The translations under genes and the position numbers were made by a program. 64,000 nucleotides of DNA, taken from Octopus sinensis (lineage: Eukaryota). Below, piece by piece: positions 52,879-64,000 of this stretch (positions within the stretch are counted from its first letter, which is position 1; each line of letters starts with the position of its first letter). Where the stretch lies: the NCBI RefSeq assembly GCF_006345805.1, contig NC_042998.1:70928001-70992000 (forward strand), given 5' to 3'. The notes under the pieces are model-generated. The model did no database searches and was not told where the DNA came from. It was given only the letters and a program-made list of their open reading frames with translations.

Positions 52879-52915
<37 letters not shown>

Positions 52916-53549
52916 TTGTGTGTGTGTACACACATACGTGGACACATCCTCTTTCTTTATTATACGTGGACACATCCATGTATATACGTATAGTGGCAAT
53001 TATTCTTGTACATACCTCTATATGTATGATAATATGTGTGTTGTGCGTACATCTATGCATGTATGTTTGTGTGTATATTTGTGATTGTGAAGTAAGTTGA
53101 AAAGGCACTGCGTACATTCTAAATAAATTCAAAGGAAACTGTCTATATTATATATGACACTACATCACTGTCACCATTGAAGTGAGGATAAGTGATATTG
53201 TGAAGAACTAGATAATAAACAGGTGTAAATATATTCTATAAATATTATGAAACAAGTCACGCAATCCGAAGTCTAAACAGTAAATGTATCCGGACATGTC
53301 TATCCAATTTCCATAATGTAACAATCTGAAACTCGATTAATCTTTTATTCATTGCGTATATAACAAGATTTTCACCCATATCATGACTTGCACTGCTTTC
53401 TCTTGATTTGTTTCTCTGCAATTATGTTCACAAACGTTCATCTTTATTAAAACAGTACTATATAATGAATTTCACCCCACCCAAAAGACAATCGAACAAT
53501 ATCAAGGATATCATCCCCATAAGATAAGATAATGGTTTCAAATTTTAGC

Positions 53550-54600
53550 AAAACGCTTTGCATTTTAGGAACGAAGATAAATCGATTACGTCGACTGCAG
53601 TGCTCAACTAGTACTTAATTTATCCACTCAAAAACATGAAAAGCAAAGCAGTCCTCAGCGGAATTTAACTTCAGTGTGTAAAGAGCCGGAAGAAATGTTC
53701 CTACGCATTCTCTCCAAAGCATTAACGATTCTGCCAGCTCGCTTTTGCAATAATATTGGCTTTAAATTTTGGCACGAGGCCAGTAATTTCGGGAAGGAGT
53801 TTTAGTCGATTACATCGACCCTAGTGCTGGACTAGTATTTATTTTATCTACCCCCGTAAAGATGAAAGTGAAGTAGATTTCGGCTGAATTCGAACTCCAA
53901 ACATAAAGATGGGCTAACAAGTCTGCCAGTTCGCTGCCTTCGCTTTTGCAATAATATTACTAATGGTTTCTAATTGAGACAGAAGGCTAGGAATTTTGAG
54001 TGGAGTTAGCAAGTTAGTTACATCAACCTCGAAATGTGAAGTTGACCTCTGTACGATTTGGGTTGAGAACGTAGAAAACTGGAAGAAATGGAAATCAATA
54101 TTTTGTCCAACGCAATAACCATTCTGCTAGCTCACTTCCTTCTAATGAATAATAATACTGATTTCAAATTTTGGCACAAGTCCAGTAATTTAGGAGGAGG
54201 GGATAAGTCGATTACATCGACCCAAGTGTTTCACTGGTACTTATTTTATCGACCACGGAATGATGAAAAGCAAAGGTGATCTCGGCATTATTTGAGCTCA
54301 TAGCGCAAAGATCCGGACGAAATGTGGCCGAGCATTTTGTCCGACGCGTTAATGATTCTGCTAGTTCGCCACCATTTAATCAATGATAATATTAATACTT
54401 ATCTGTAACAAAGGCAGGAATTTTGAATTTTGTGAGGTTATTGAATACCATTGTTTCTAGAACAACATTTTATCGGCACAGAAGGCAGGAAAACAAGGTT
54501 GAAGTCGGTGAACTCAGACCATAAAATACTGTAATTTAACAACGTAAAATATTTTACGCGGCGATCTAAAAATTCTGCAAAAGGTGGGCTGTTGTTCATC
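53550..54600 (-). mobile_element. Head-to-tail cluster of ~5 SINE family 2 copies
   Basis: Heads ctgccagctcgc (~53735), ctgccagttcgc (~53925), ctgctagctcac (~54125), ctgctagttcgc (~54360); 18-bp TSD around 53758-53940. Confidence 0.75.
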
Positions 54601-57600
54601 TCAAAATCAATCCTGATTAAGGAGTTGATCAAGAATATAAGAATTATGGCATGTGCAGGCTGTTATATATATCTATCTTTCTATATGTATACCTGTCTGT
54701 CTATCTCCCAAGTTGCTGCAGAGCATTTATCATCCCATTTGTAGTTCTGTTTATTTAGGATAGGATTCTATATAAACTATAAAAAAAAATAGCATGGCAT
54801 TTGAAAGATAAAGATAAACGATAAATTGTTGACTAATTTATGAGATTAGGTAGAAATTTATGTTTCGTTTTTTAGGAAGTAATATCTCAGAGAGGGGTTA
54901 AATATACACTCTTTTTCTTCTGAACATCTTAGCATGTAACTCCGGAGATAGTTCAAAAAAGGAGAAAAAAAGAATCCTAGCTAAATTTCATTATTCTTAT
55001 GGTGAATCATATTTTATCACCATTTATATAAATAATGACAGCTGATATATAAGCAAACTCATCTCGAAAGTGATTTACTATGGAGATTTACATATGCTAC
55101 ACTCGTGTGATCATATACAGTCTTCCGTGTATAACGTACTCACACACGCCAACACACATACATGCACAGGCACAAATGCACAGACATATCTTTTCTCAAG
55201 CTATTTGCCCGAATTAATCGTTTACTGAATGACTGCTTTCATAGCTGTGAGTTTAATAATTCTTCTCAAAGCAAATATCAATCGTTTTAATCTCAAAATT
55301 ATGTTACAAATTAATTTAGCTATATTGCTGCAGAACCGAAAACAAATTGAAGAAAATCTTTATCTATTCTATATGCCAGAACAATAAATTATATTTGTCT
55401 TCCAGATTCCTTCAATGAATATCACCACCATGTCTATTCCCTCCCATTTCTTGGCCTCCCTCCCTCCCTCTCTCTATCTCTCTCTATCTGTCTATCTATC
55501 TATCGATCTATGTATCTATCCATCAATCCGCTTGTCTACCTGCCAAGCGGCTGCATAGAATTTCTCCTCCTTTACCGATCCAAGATATTTGCAAAGTACT
55601 ATTTGTGGAGTGGTGGAGTCCTCTATTTCAAATGCTATGTACCCTCCAACGAAGGGTGTTTTGGTTGGGTTCATCACCAACTTGCCATAAACAACCCTAC
55701 TGCAGCTCATTACTTCATATCCTGATTCACATTCCTTTCATATTCTCTTCATGCGTAAGCTTCTCTCAAATCAGGTATTTAAAATAAAGTAAGTACTGGA
55801 TTTGTTGATATCCCTTTCAACGCCCTCAAAATGTGCGTTCTGGAGTGAGCTTCGATGTTACCAAAAATGTTTTTCTTCCCATTTCTCGGTAGGTGCCTCT
55901 CGCAAACCTTACGCCATAATAGTTAAAGTAAAACAGACATTGGCCTTGAACTAACAAATAACACATTGACAACTGGAATTGTTCAAAAGCGAAGGAAACT
56001 ATTGCCGACAGTGACATCAATTTGATGATTTATCTCTGCATGCTTTGCCTACCACTCTGGCTTAGGTTTGTGTATTTCTACCATACATCCATACTCTCAT
56101 GACTTTAGGGACTTAATATTGAAAACTACGAGGAAAGAACGTGGCACTTGAAATCAGTAAGTTGTTTGATAATCTCCCTCCTGGCAATGTTAACTTCTTG
56201 TGAAGGGCCTTCGTTTCCAGCTCTTAAATTGGAAATCTCAGACTGTGTACTTGCAACGTGCATAGAAATGTGTTTCATACGTATACTCTACGAGAAATAG
56301 CAGCTAATTCTGTCTGAAATCATGCATTAAGATCTGTAGAAAAGAAGATATATCGGATAATGTAGTTCTGTATGACTTGAAAATAGGGATTGTATATTAT
56401 TTGAACAAGTGGTCTTTGATCAAGTGACTTTTCTTACATACATAGTGCATTATATAAACTCAGGTACGATTAACGATGGTTTTCAGAAATGGTATAAGTG
56501 TACTGTATAGACAAAGTCTGCGAACTAGGATGCTGAATATCAACACACAATCATGTCGTCGTTTCAGTATAGCGTAAATATGTCATTAACGATATAACTT
56601 CTTCACACGCTCCTCATTCGAATTAATTAAAAATGAATATTTTAACGGTGATGAGAATTTGCGTTTTGTTGCTGCGCAGATTTGATTTGAAACCTGGTGC
56701 AAGGATAGTCTGTTATCATTGTCTTTAGTAGAAAAGTAAACAAACGCTAAGGATTAGAATGATTACTGACTGTTTTTGAACTGCTCCAAATCCACTAGCA
56801 ATAGGAACGTGGCATTTCACCAAAATAGACAATAATTTTGTAAGATTCTTGACTCTGTATAAGTAGCCATTTGAAGTGTTTTTCTCTGATATGTCAAATG
56901 TTTATGAGATAAAGTCGCCATCTATCTCTCACTCTCTTCCTCTCTCTCTTTCTCCAAGTCCTTGTCTTTCTACCTCCCTCACCCCCTCTCTCTTACACTA
57001 TCTTCTGTGTGCCTTTCCGTGAGAGTACTTACACACATGGAGACATACATACATTCTTATATATATATATATATATAAATGTGTGAGTACGTCTGTGTGT
57101 GTACTTGTGTGCTTGTGCATAAGAGCGTGTGTATGTGTCTATGCATGGTGCACTCACATGGAAACACACGAAGATATACATTCACATTACATAGATCTTC
57201 AATATATCAAGGCAATTGAGAAACTTAACCTCATAGACTTACTTGCTCTCATTGTTTACCATCTTTCTCTTTCCGCACTCTCTCGGTCTTTCACTCATTT
57301 ATTATTTTCAATATCATTCTTCATATTTCTCTTTATGTCTCTTTATTATTCTCATAGTCTCTTTATGTCTCTAACAGTACAATACACATTGTTATATAAT
57401 AATATACTATGTATGTAGATGTGTATGTACACACACTGACATGCACACAGACGCCGCCCTCACACACATACTAGCATCTATTTATGTATGTATGTATGTA
57501 TGTATGTATGTATGTATCTATCTATCTATCTATCTATCTATTTATCTATCTGCCTGTCTGTCTGTCTATCTGTCTGTATATCTATCTATCTATATATGTA

Positions 57601-58182
57601 TATATATATAATTTTATATAATTAGGGTTCAGCCAAAAAAGTTTGGTTTACCACATACCGAATTTTTAGAAATAGCAGCCACAAAATTCTATTTCTTCCA
57701 CTGTAAGAAGAGTCTCCCAGACAATGTATACTCAAAAACAATTCACGCAGGCATAGAGGGAAAAATAACGAAAGTTCACTCGAAATTAGATCACTCGTGA
57801 ACGCGTTTCTGGGTTAGTCAGATATAGAGAAGCTAGAAATACATCCCTATTCTAACATTCCCGTCATCAGCACAGATATTTCATTAAATTGAAATTTGAG
57901 AGCACTAAAAGTCGAACATACCCATCTGATTTGAGTAACTTCAGACAAACCATCTCCGACATCCAGTACTAACGAATTCAAAACATACGAATGAGGCTCC
58001 ACATCTTCCCCTGTCCACCCACAGAAGAATCTGTAGTTTATCATCAGGGAGAGAATTATATTGTCACTAATAATAAAGGGCAAAATAAATTAATTAATTA
58101 GTAATTAATAATTTTACCAAGCAGTGTTCAGTATGTAAAAGGACCATTTACGGTAAATTTAAATGGTCCTTTATTATTATTG

Positions 58183-58224
<42 letters not shown>

Positions 58225-58771
58225 GTATGATCGAATAGTTAAAGTTTCTTCAGTGGCCACGAGATCTCGGCCTCGTCCTATTTCATATTTCTCTGATTTT
58301 CTTTAGCTCTGTTACAGTATAATACACACTGTTATACAATTTACAATGTATGTGCGCGCGCACACAAACACGTACACACACACACACATACAATCATGGG
58401 CACCTGATCGCGTACTTACGTATATCTATCTATCTAGTTAAAATATTTCTTCAGCCGCTACGAGATCACGGTTTCTTTCTGTTTCATACTTCTCTGACTT
58501 TCTTTGTCTGTAACAATACAATATACATTGTTATATACGTTCACTTTTGTTCTTTTATTTGTTTCACTCCCTATACTGCGACCATGGTGGGGGTCCGCCT
58601 TGGAGTATTTTTTTAGTCGAATGAAACGACGACCCGACACTTAGTTTTTAAAGATTGGTACATATTCGAGCACCTTTTTCACCGAACTGAAAAGTTAAGG
58701 AGACCTGAACATACAAGCACCGTTTGTGAAGCAGTGGTGATGGACAAACACAAAGACCCCCATCACCTCCC

Positions 58772-58804
<33 letters not shown>

Positions 58805-59126
58805 ACGGGCTTTCTTCTATTTACATCTACATAATCCACACTGACAAGGCTTTGGTAAGCCCGAGGCTATAGTAAAATACACTTCCCCAAGGTACTACGG
58901 AGTGGGACTGATCCCGGATCCATGTGATCGGGAAGCAAGCTGCTTCCCACACAGCCTGTGTATACGTAGGCGGCATGTGTATCTACACATATACATACAA
59001 ATATACACACATACATACATACGTACATACATACCTACATACATACATACATATACGTACACATACGTGCACATGTATTTATAAATATGCATGTGCACTT
59101 TAGCATATACGGATATTATCTGCCTA

Positions 59127-59157
<31 letters not shown>

Positions 59158-59170
59158 GTCTATCTATCTA

Positions 59171-59228
<58 letters not shown>

Positions 59229-59555
59229 AGTATCTTTCTATCTAATGGACTGAAGCTGGTCAAACCGGTTCCATGTAAGTTGGCTAGTTTTGTGCGTATA
59301 AAAGTTTTTATTGTCGAATACTTTGTGTTAAAGAACATACAATTCCAAACTTGATTAATATTTACATAGAATTTCGCCCCTCTGTGCGTGAAATTTCCAA
59401 AATTTTGAAGGGTTTCGTCGATTCATTTTAGCCATTTCTCGTTTCGAAAATATATTTCTTTATTACCCACAAGGGGCTAAACATAGAGGGGACAAACAAA
59501 GACAGACAAAGGGATTAAGTCAACTACATCGACCACAGTGCGCAACTGGTACTTG

Positions 59556-60290
59556 CGACTGCACACCACGAGGCCAGCACGCAAGTCATGCGGAACGCTA
59601 GCGATGCGCTAAAAACGGCCGAGGAAGAATTTCCTAGCCTCCCGCTACCATTAGCTGTTGAACCTGACTGCTTGAACGCCGCTGTCACCACCAGTACCAC
59701 TAGCACCACCAACACCACCAGCACTACCAGCACCGCCACCACCACCACAAGCACCACCACCACCACCAACAACAACAATAACAAAACTAATGTCTGAAGG
59801 CCATCCACCATCAATGCCAACTAAAACTTCAAGTCTACCGTTAACACTAACACGACTACTACAACAAATTCTGCTGCTACAAGTACCTCCTCTGCTGCCG
59901 ACACCGCCAGTGACAACAACAACAAAAACAAATCAAAATTTGCAGAAATCTTAAAACCAAAAAGACAATACTATACTTCACAACAAAACAAATAACACAA
60001 AGTCCCTCTTTACTCAACAAGGTTCAAATCTACACCTCAACATCCCACACAATATCATATACACCGCTCAAAAACGAACAATCGTTTATAAAGTCATTAA
60101 CTCGAAAACATGCAGACCAGAACAAACACCGCAGGAACTGATCGAAAAATAGGCATAGAAGAATTATGTGAACTGGTGGGTGTGATATGCGACAATACAA
60201 GTTCGCTTCAACAGCGAAGAAAAAGCCAAAGAACTCTCAACACTCACCCTACGGTCTAAGAAACTAATTTGATTCCGACATACCTTGGTC
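59556..60290 (+). pseudogene. Distant, truncated relative of the Gag/ORF1-like family with a Thr/Asn-rich N-terminus
   Basis: KSKFAEILKP (59930); KRTIVYKVINSKT (60072)...YATIQVRFNSEEKAKELSTLTLRSKK/LIPTYLG, aligning to RSTMIFRKLNIAT...YGTVEVHF...EEARKYSILPLRS...LLPTYCG of unit C. Confidence 0.6.
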
Positions 60291-60354
60291 AATGTGAAAT
60301 ATAAATATAAATATATGTATGTATATATATATTATATATATATATATATATTAT

Positions 60355-60590
60355 ATTTATATATAGAGGGCATTATACATACATGCCAGGAGGCATTCTA
60401 CATACACGCCATACGCCATGAAATCACTGTGATACAGGTCTATATATTTTTAAATGTCTTTCTTTGAAAAATTGCATTCGGTGGGATTAGTAATATTTTG
60501 TAGGTAGAATGACTGATTGTCCCTCTTAGCGTATGGCGTGTATGTAGAATGCCTCCTGGCATGTATGTATAATGCCCTCTATATATAAAT
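60355..60590. mobile_element. Young MITE with perfect 62-bp inverted arms in a TA context
   Basis: 60355-60416 is the exact reverse complement of 60529-60590; 112-bp spacer. Confidence 0.8.
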
Positions 60591-60765
60591 TAATATGTTC
60601 AATAAGAAATAATTATTTTCGAAATTTTTTCTCGTATGAGGTTTTTACGCTATCTACCTGACAATTTCTTGTTAAGTTTTCCTTATTAAGTAGTTGTCCT
60701 TAATTGCTATATATATATAGTATATAGATATATATTATATATGGATATATATAGATAATATGTAT

Positions 60766-60801
<36 letters not shown>

Positions 60802-60901
60802 NNNNNNNNNNNNNNNNNNNNNNNNNNNNNNNNNNNNNNNNNNNNNNNNNNNNNNNNNNNNNNNNNNNNNNNNNNNNNNNNNNNNNNNNNNNNNNNNNNN
60901 N
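60802..60901. other. Assembly gap (100 N)
   Basis: Run of N. Confidence 1.
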
Positions 60902-61565
60902 GCATAGACAGAAGGCAAAATTGAATAGCCACAAACAACAAGTATGAAAAATAGAATGCAATTAGATCAAGAGAACTGGAAATCAAATAGTTTGAATCAT
61001 AATGAGACTCTTTACAGTGAAAAAAATGCACCTCAGTAAATACTGGAAGCGACACTTGAGAGTTGGCACAGTAGAATCCAACTGTAAATATATTTTGGTA
61101 AGACTGGCATCAACCATGGTAGTTGTACAAACAGCTGTGTTTCTAGGTGGTTGGTATTATCTTGCGATGAGACTTTTAGGAGCTTATGGAGTCTCTGTAG
61201 ATGGAAATATTCGAAATTTGTTTTCTTGAGGCTTGAATAAATTATACATAGAAATATATAGAAGATACATGCTTCACAGATTGTGATCTTAGCTTTTCTA
61301 TTGTTCATATTATTCATTTTATGCAAACTTGTTAGCATTTCAAATTTGCACAGGTAACAAGTATTTATACACATCACTGCTTAGCACTTCAATTCACCAT
61401 ATTCTTCTCTTTGTACTTCTAGGCTCGTAGGTTTCTGGAGCTTCTACGTTTTCCCAACGCAGTGTCTGCCTTACCTATTTCAATCACGCTCTACTCATCT
61501 AGTGCCCAAATATAAATACATAAATACTTACCATGTGTTATACACGCGCACGCACACGTACACAG

Positions 61566-61661
<96 letters not shown>

Positions 61662-61841
61662 CAGAGAAAGAGAGCAAGAGAGAGAGAGAAAGAAAGAGCG
61701 AGAAAGAGGGCAAGAGAGGGAGAGAGGCAGATGCACACACACACACAGACAGATACACACATACACACATATCTATATATAAATGTATCTATAAACGTAT
61801 ATATATATATCCGTGTGTACATATAAGCATATTTATCTATG

Positions 61842-61872
<31 letters not shown>

Positions 61873-61885
61873 GTCTCTGTCTCTG

Positions 61886-61926
<41 letters not shown>

Positions 61927-62285
61927 GTCTGTCTTTCTGTGTCTATCTGTCTATATGTCACATCTATCACAGAACACTGTCCCATCAAGAGTACATAATG
62001 CTCGCAGCAACGATATTGAAAACATGTAATACTACAACCATTCAACAAAATACAATGTCTACATCCTATTACTGCGTAAGGCTTCATAGATCTCCATAAT
62101 GCATTCATATAAATTACTATTGTATATGTGAAAACAAACATATACGTATGCTGGTATGTGGTAGATATTTTCTACGTGCGGTCATTGCACACGGTATGTT
62201 GAACAGAACGGAATATTTGCATATGTGTTTTTGTGTGGTTGCAAGTGCATCAGAGCATGGGTGTGTGTAGGTGTGGGCTATGCCC

Positions 62286-62323
<38 letters not shown>

Positions 62324-62720
62324 ACAGGTTGCTTGAACACACGCATAAGTGCCTGTGATGGACTACTGTCTGGTAGCTTGCGTGTACAAGAATATTCGTT
62401 ATGCACATTTACTCATTTCAGAAAGCTCACTTCAGAGCTCCACTCATTTCAGAAAGCTGTGTAACAAACGATATAAATGTTTCCATCTACTCATTGACTT
62501 ATGAATTATTTTCCATTCTCATTCAAGACACTCTTCTCAGTTTTCTTTTCGCACGACTAGTAATGCATATATACATATATATATATATTCGACCTCGAAC
62601 ACACAAGTGCAAACAAGGGAGACAGAGAAAGGCAGAATGCCACTTATATTTGAACACTATACAAATATTCCTTAAAAAAACTGTTCTTTTAATTTTTCTA
62701 AATTTAATTATTTAATCGTT

Positions 62721-62760
62721 ACAGTTGAAAAGGTCTCAAAATGACCGAAACCGGTACTGA
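62721..62760 (+). ncRNA. Degenerate minimal (Penelope-type) hammerhead
   Basis: cag-TTGAAAA-GGTC-tcaaaat-GACC-GAAA-CCGG-TA-ctg; two core substitutions. Confidence 0.45.
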
Positions 62761-62807
62761 AATGTTCTTTATAAAATTATTTTAGCATTTTCTATCTTAA
62801 CTTGTTT

Positions 62808-62851
<44 letters not shown>

Positions 62852-62915
62852 CGAAATATATAACAACAACAATTAACAAAAACTTAGCAGCGCCTCCTCT
62901 AGCCGAAAAGTTATG

Positions 62916-62958
62916 CTGTGCTGATGAAGGGAAATAACCCAGGAATCGCGATACACAG
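62916..62958 (+). ncRNA. Near-intact minimal (Penelope-type) hammerhead
   Basis: ctgtg-CTGATGA-aGGG-aaataa-CCCa-GGAA-TCGCGA-TA-cacag; 5-bp stem I, palindromic stem III, GAAA changed to GGAA. Confidence 0.55.
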
Positions 62959-64000
62959 ATATTGTTTTGTGTTGGGTGGGGATGCTAAACTTACTTGTTC
63001 GAAAATATAAGGACACAGACAGTGTGTCGTATATCTAGCTGGGGACAATGTTTCCTGGGGCTAAATAACAGTAACATTCGTCCTGAACCAGAAATACCAC
63101 GTTGTGTTGGCAAATAATCTTTACTATATATAGGGGAATGGAAATCTTTTGGTATTTACTATAACTACCCACACTATATCATAAAATGTGAGGAGGTATG
63201 AAAATTAATATACTTATTTATCCACTTGTCATCCTTAGAAATATGGCCGTTTCACAGCATTCTACATTTCTGCACTAATATGCACGCTACGTATTATACA
63301 ATACAACTGCATTTATACAAATAATTGTAGATAAAGAAAGCTACCGTTTCAAAACACCAGAACATCTTCAACTCTAAGTATACAAACAAAATATTTCAGT
63401 ACTTCAACTCTAAGTATACATACAAAATTTTCTCTATATATACAATGAATGGAAAAATCAATACTACATTGAATTAGCTTGGCATTGTCATTAGAAATAA
63501 GTATATTTTGTTTCATAGCAATGAAAGTGTTGGATCTCAGTTAAGGGGATTAACCATCTTAATGTTAACAAAGCTCAGAAAGGGATAGAAGAAGAAGTAA
63601 AATAGTAAAGAAAAAATAAAGATATATAATAGTACATATAATATAAATAAAATTGGGAACAGACAGCTGGAAATAAAAAGAATATACGAAATATGAAGAT
63701 ATTATTGAACAACAGTAAATTTTAAATAAGATTAAAATGTTTTTGATCACACATGGAAGCCTATGGATCTTTATTTTATCACATTTTCTTAGTAAACCTC
63801 AAAGAATACCTCCTATCTTAATGAACTGTAGTGAAACCAAAACGATACTAACTCCTGCATAAAAGCATATATACATATATAAGCATTAACATACCAAGAA
63901 CAAACACATCACACACACTTGAACACTATTATACCAATTAATATACATATAGGCCGCATTAAGACAGACATTAATACACACGGAAACCTATATGTATACA

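Larger units (their letters stand above)
50537..52880 (-). repeat. Tandem array of ~471-478-bp units (about 4.6 copies) plus a terminal inverted segment, embedded in (TA)n
   Basis: Marker aatcaatttagggtagc at 50541, 51011, 51489, 51962 and 52434; units differ only by small indels; 52690-52880 is inverted. Confidence 0.95.

Noticed and set aside
55510-56030. Several 60-70-aa ORFs in unique-looking sequence
   Set aside because: No motif, splice support or family recognised

Overview
AT-rich eukaryotic genomic DNA packed with microsatellites and interspersed repeats. The SINE sequences and repeat density suggest an octopod/cephalopod genome (inference from recall, not from a search). I find no confidently identifiable host gene, rRNA or tRNA, and most listed ORFs are translations of microsatellites. 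Two accessory systems stand out. (1) At 50.5-52.9 kb a near-identical ~473-bp tandem repeat carries four complete type I hammerhead ribozymes on the minus strand. It ends in an inversion and has a diverged dispersed relative at 44.9-45.2 kb that shows a compensatory change in stem III, which makes it a candidate retrozyme or non-autonomous Penelope-type element. (2) At 25.5-33.4 kb lies a head-to-tail array of divergent, decayed ~1.7-1.8 kb units. Each encodes only a Gag/ORF1-like protein (RRM-like region, CCHC knuckle, NLS-like basic motif) with no reverse transcriptase, and the units are joined at a conserved AGGAC|RTTGGTGTTG junction. The window also holds a Penelope GIY-YIG fragment, a non-autonomous Helitron, an R4-like LINE fragment, several MITEs, three tRNA-derived SINE families, several degenerate minimal hammerheads and a 100-N assembly gap.
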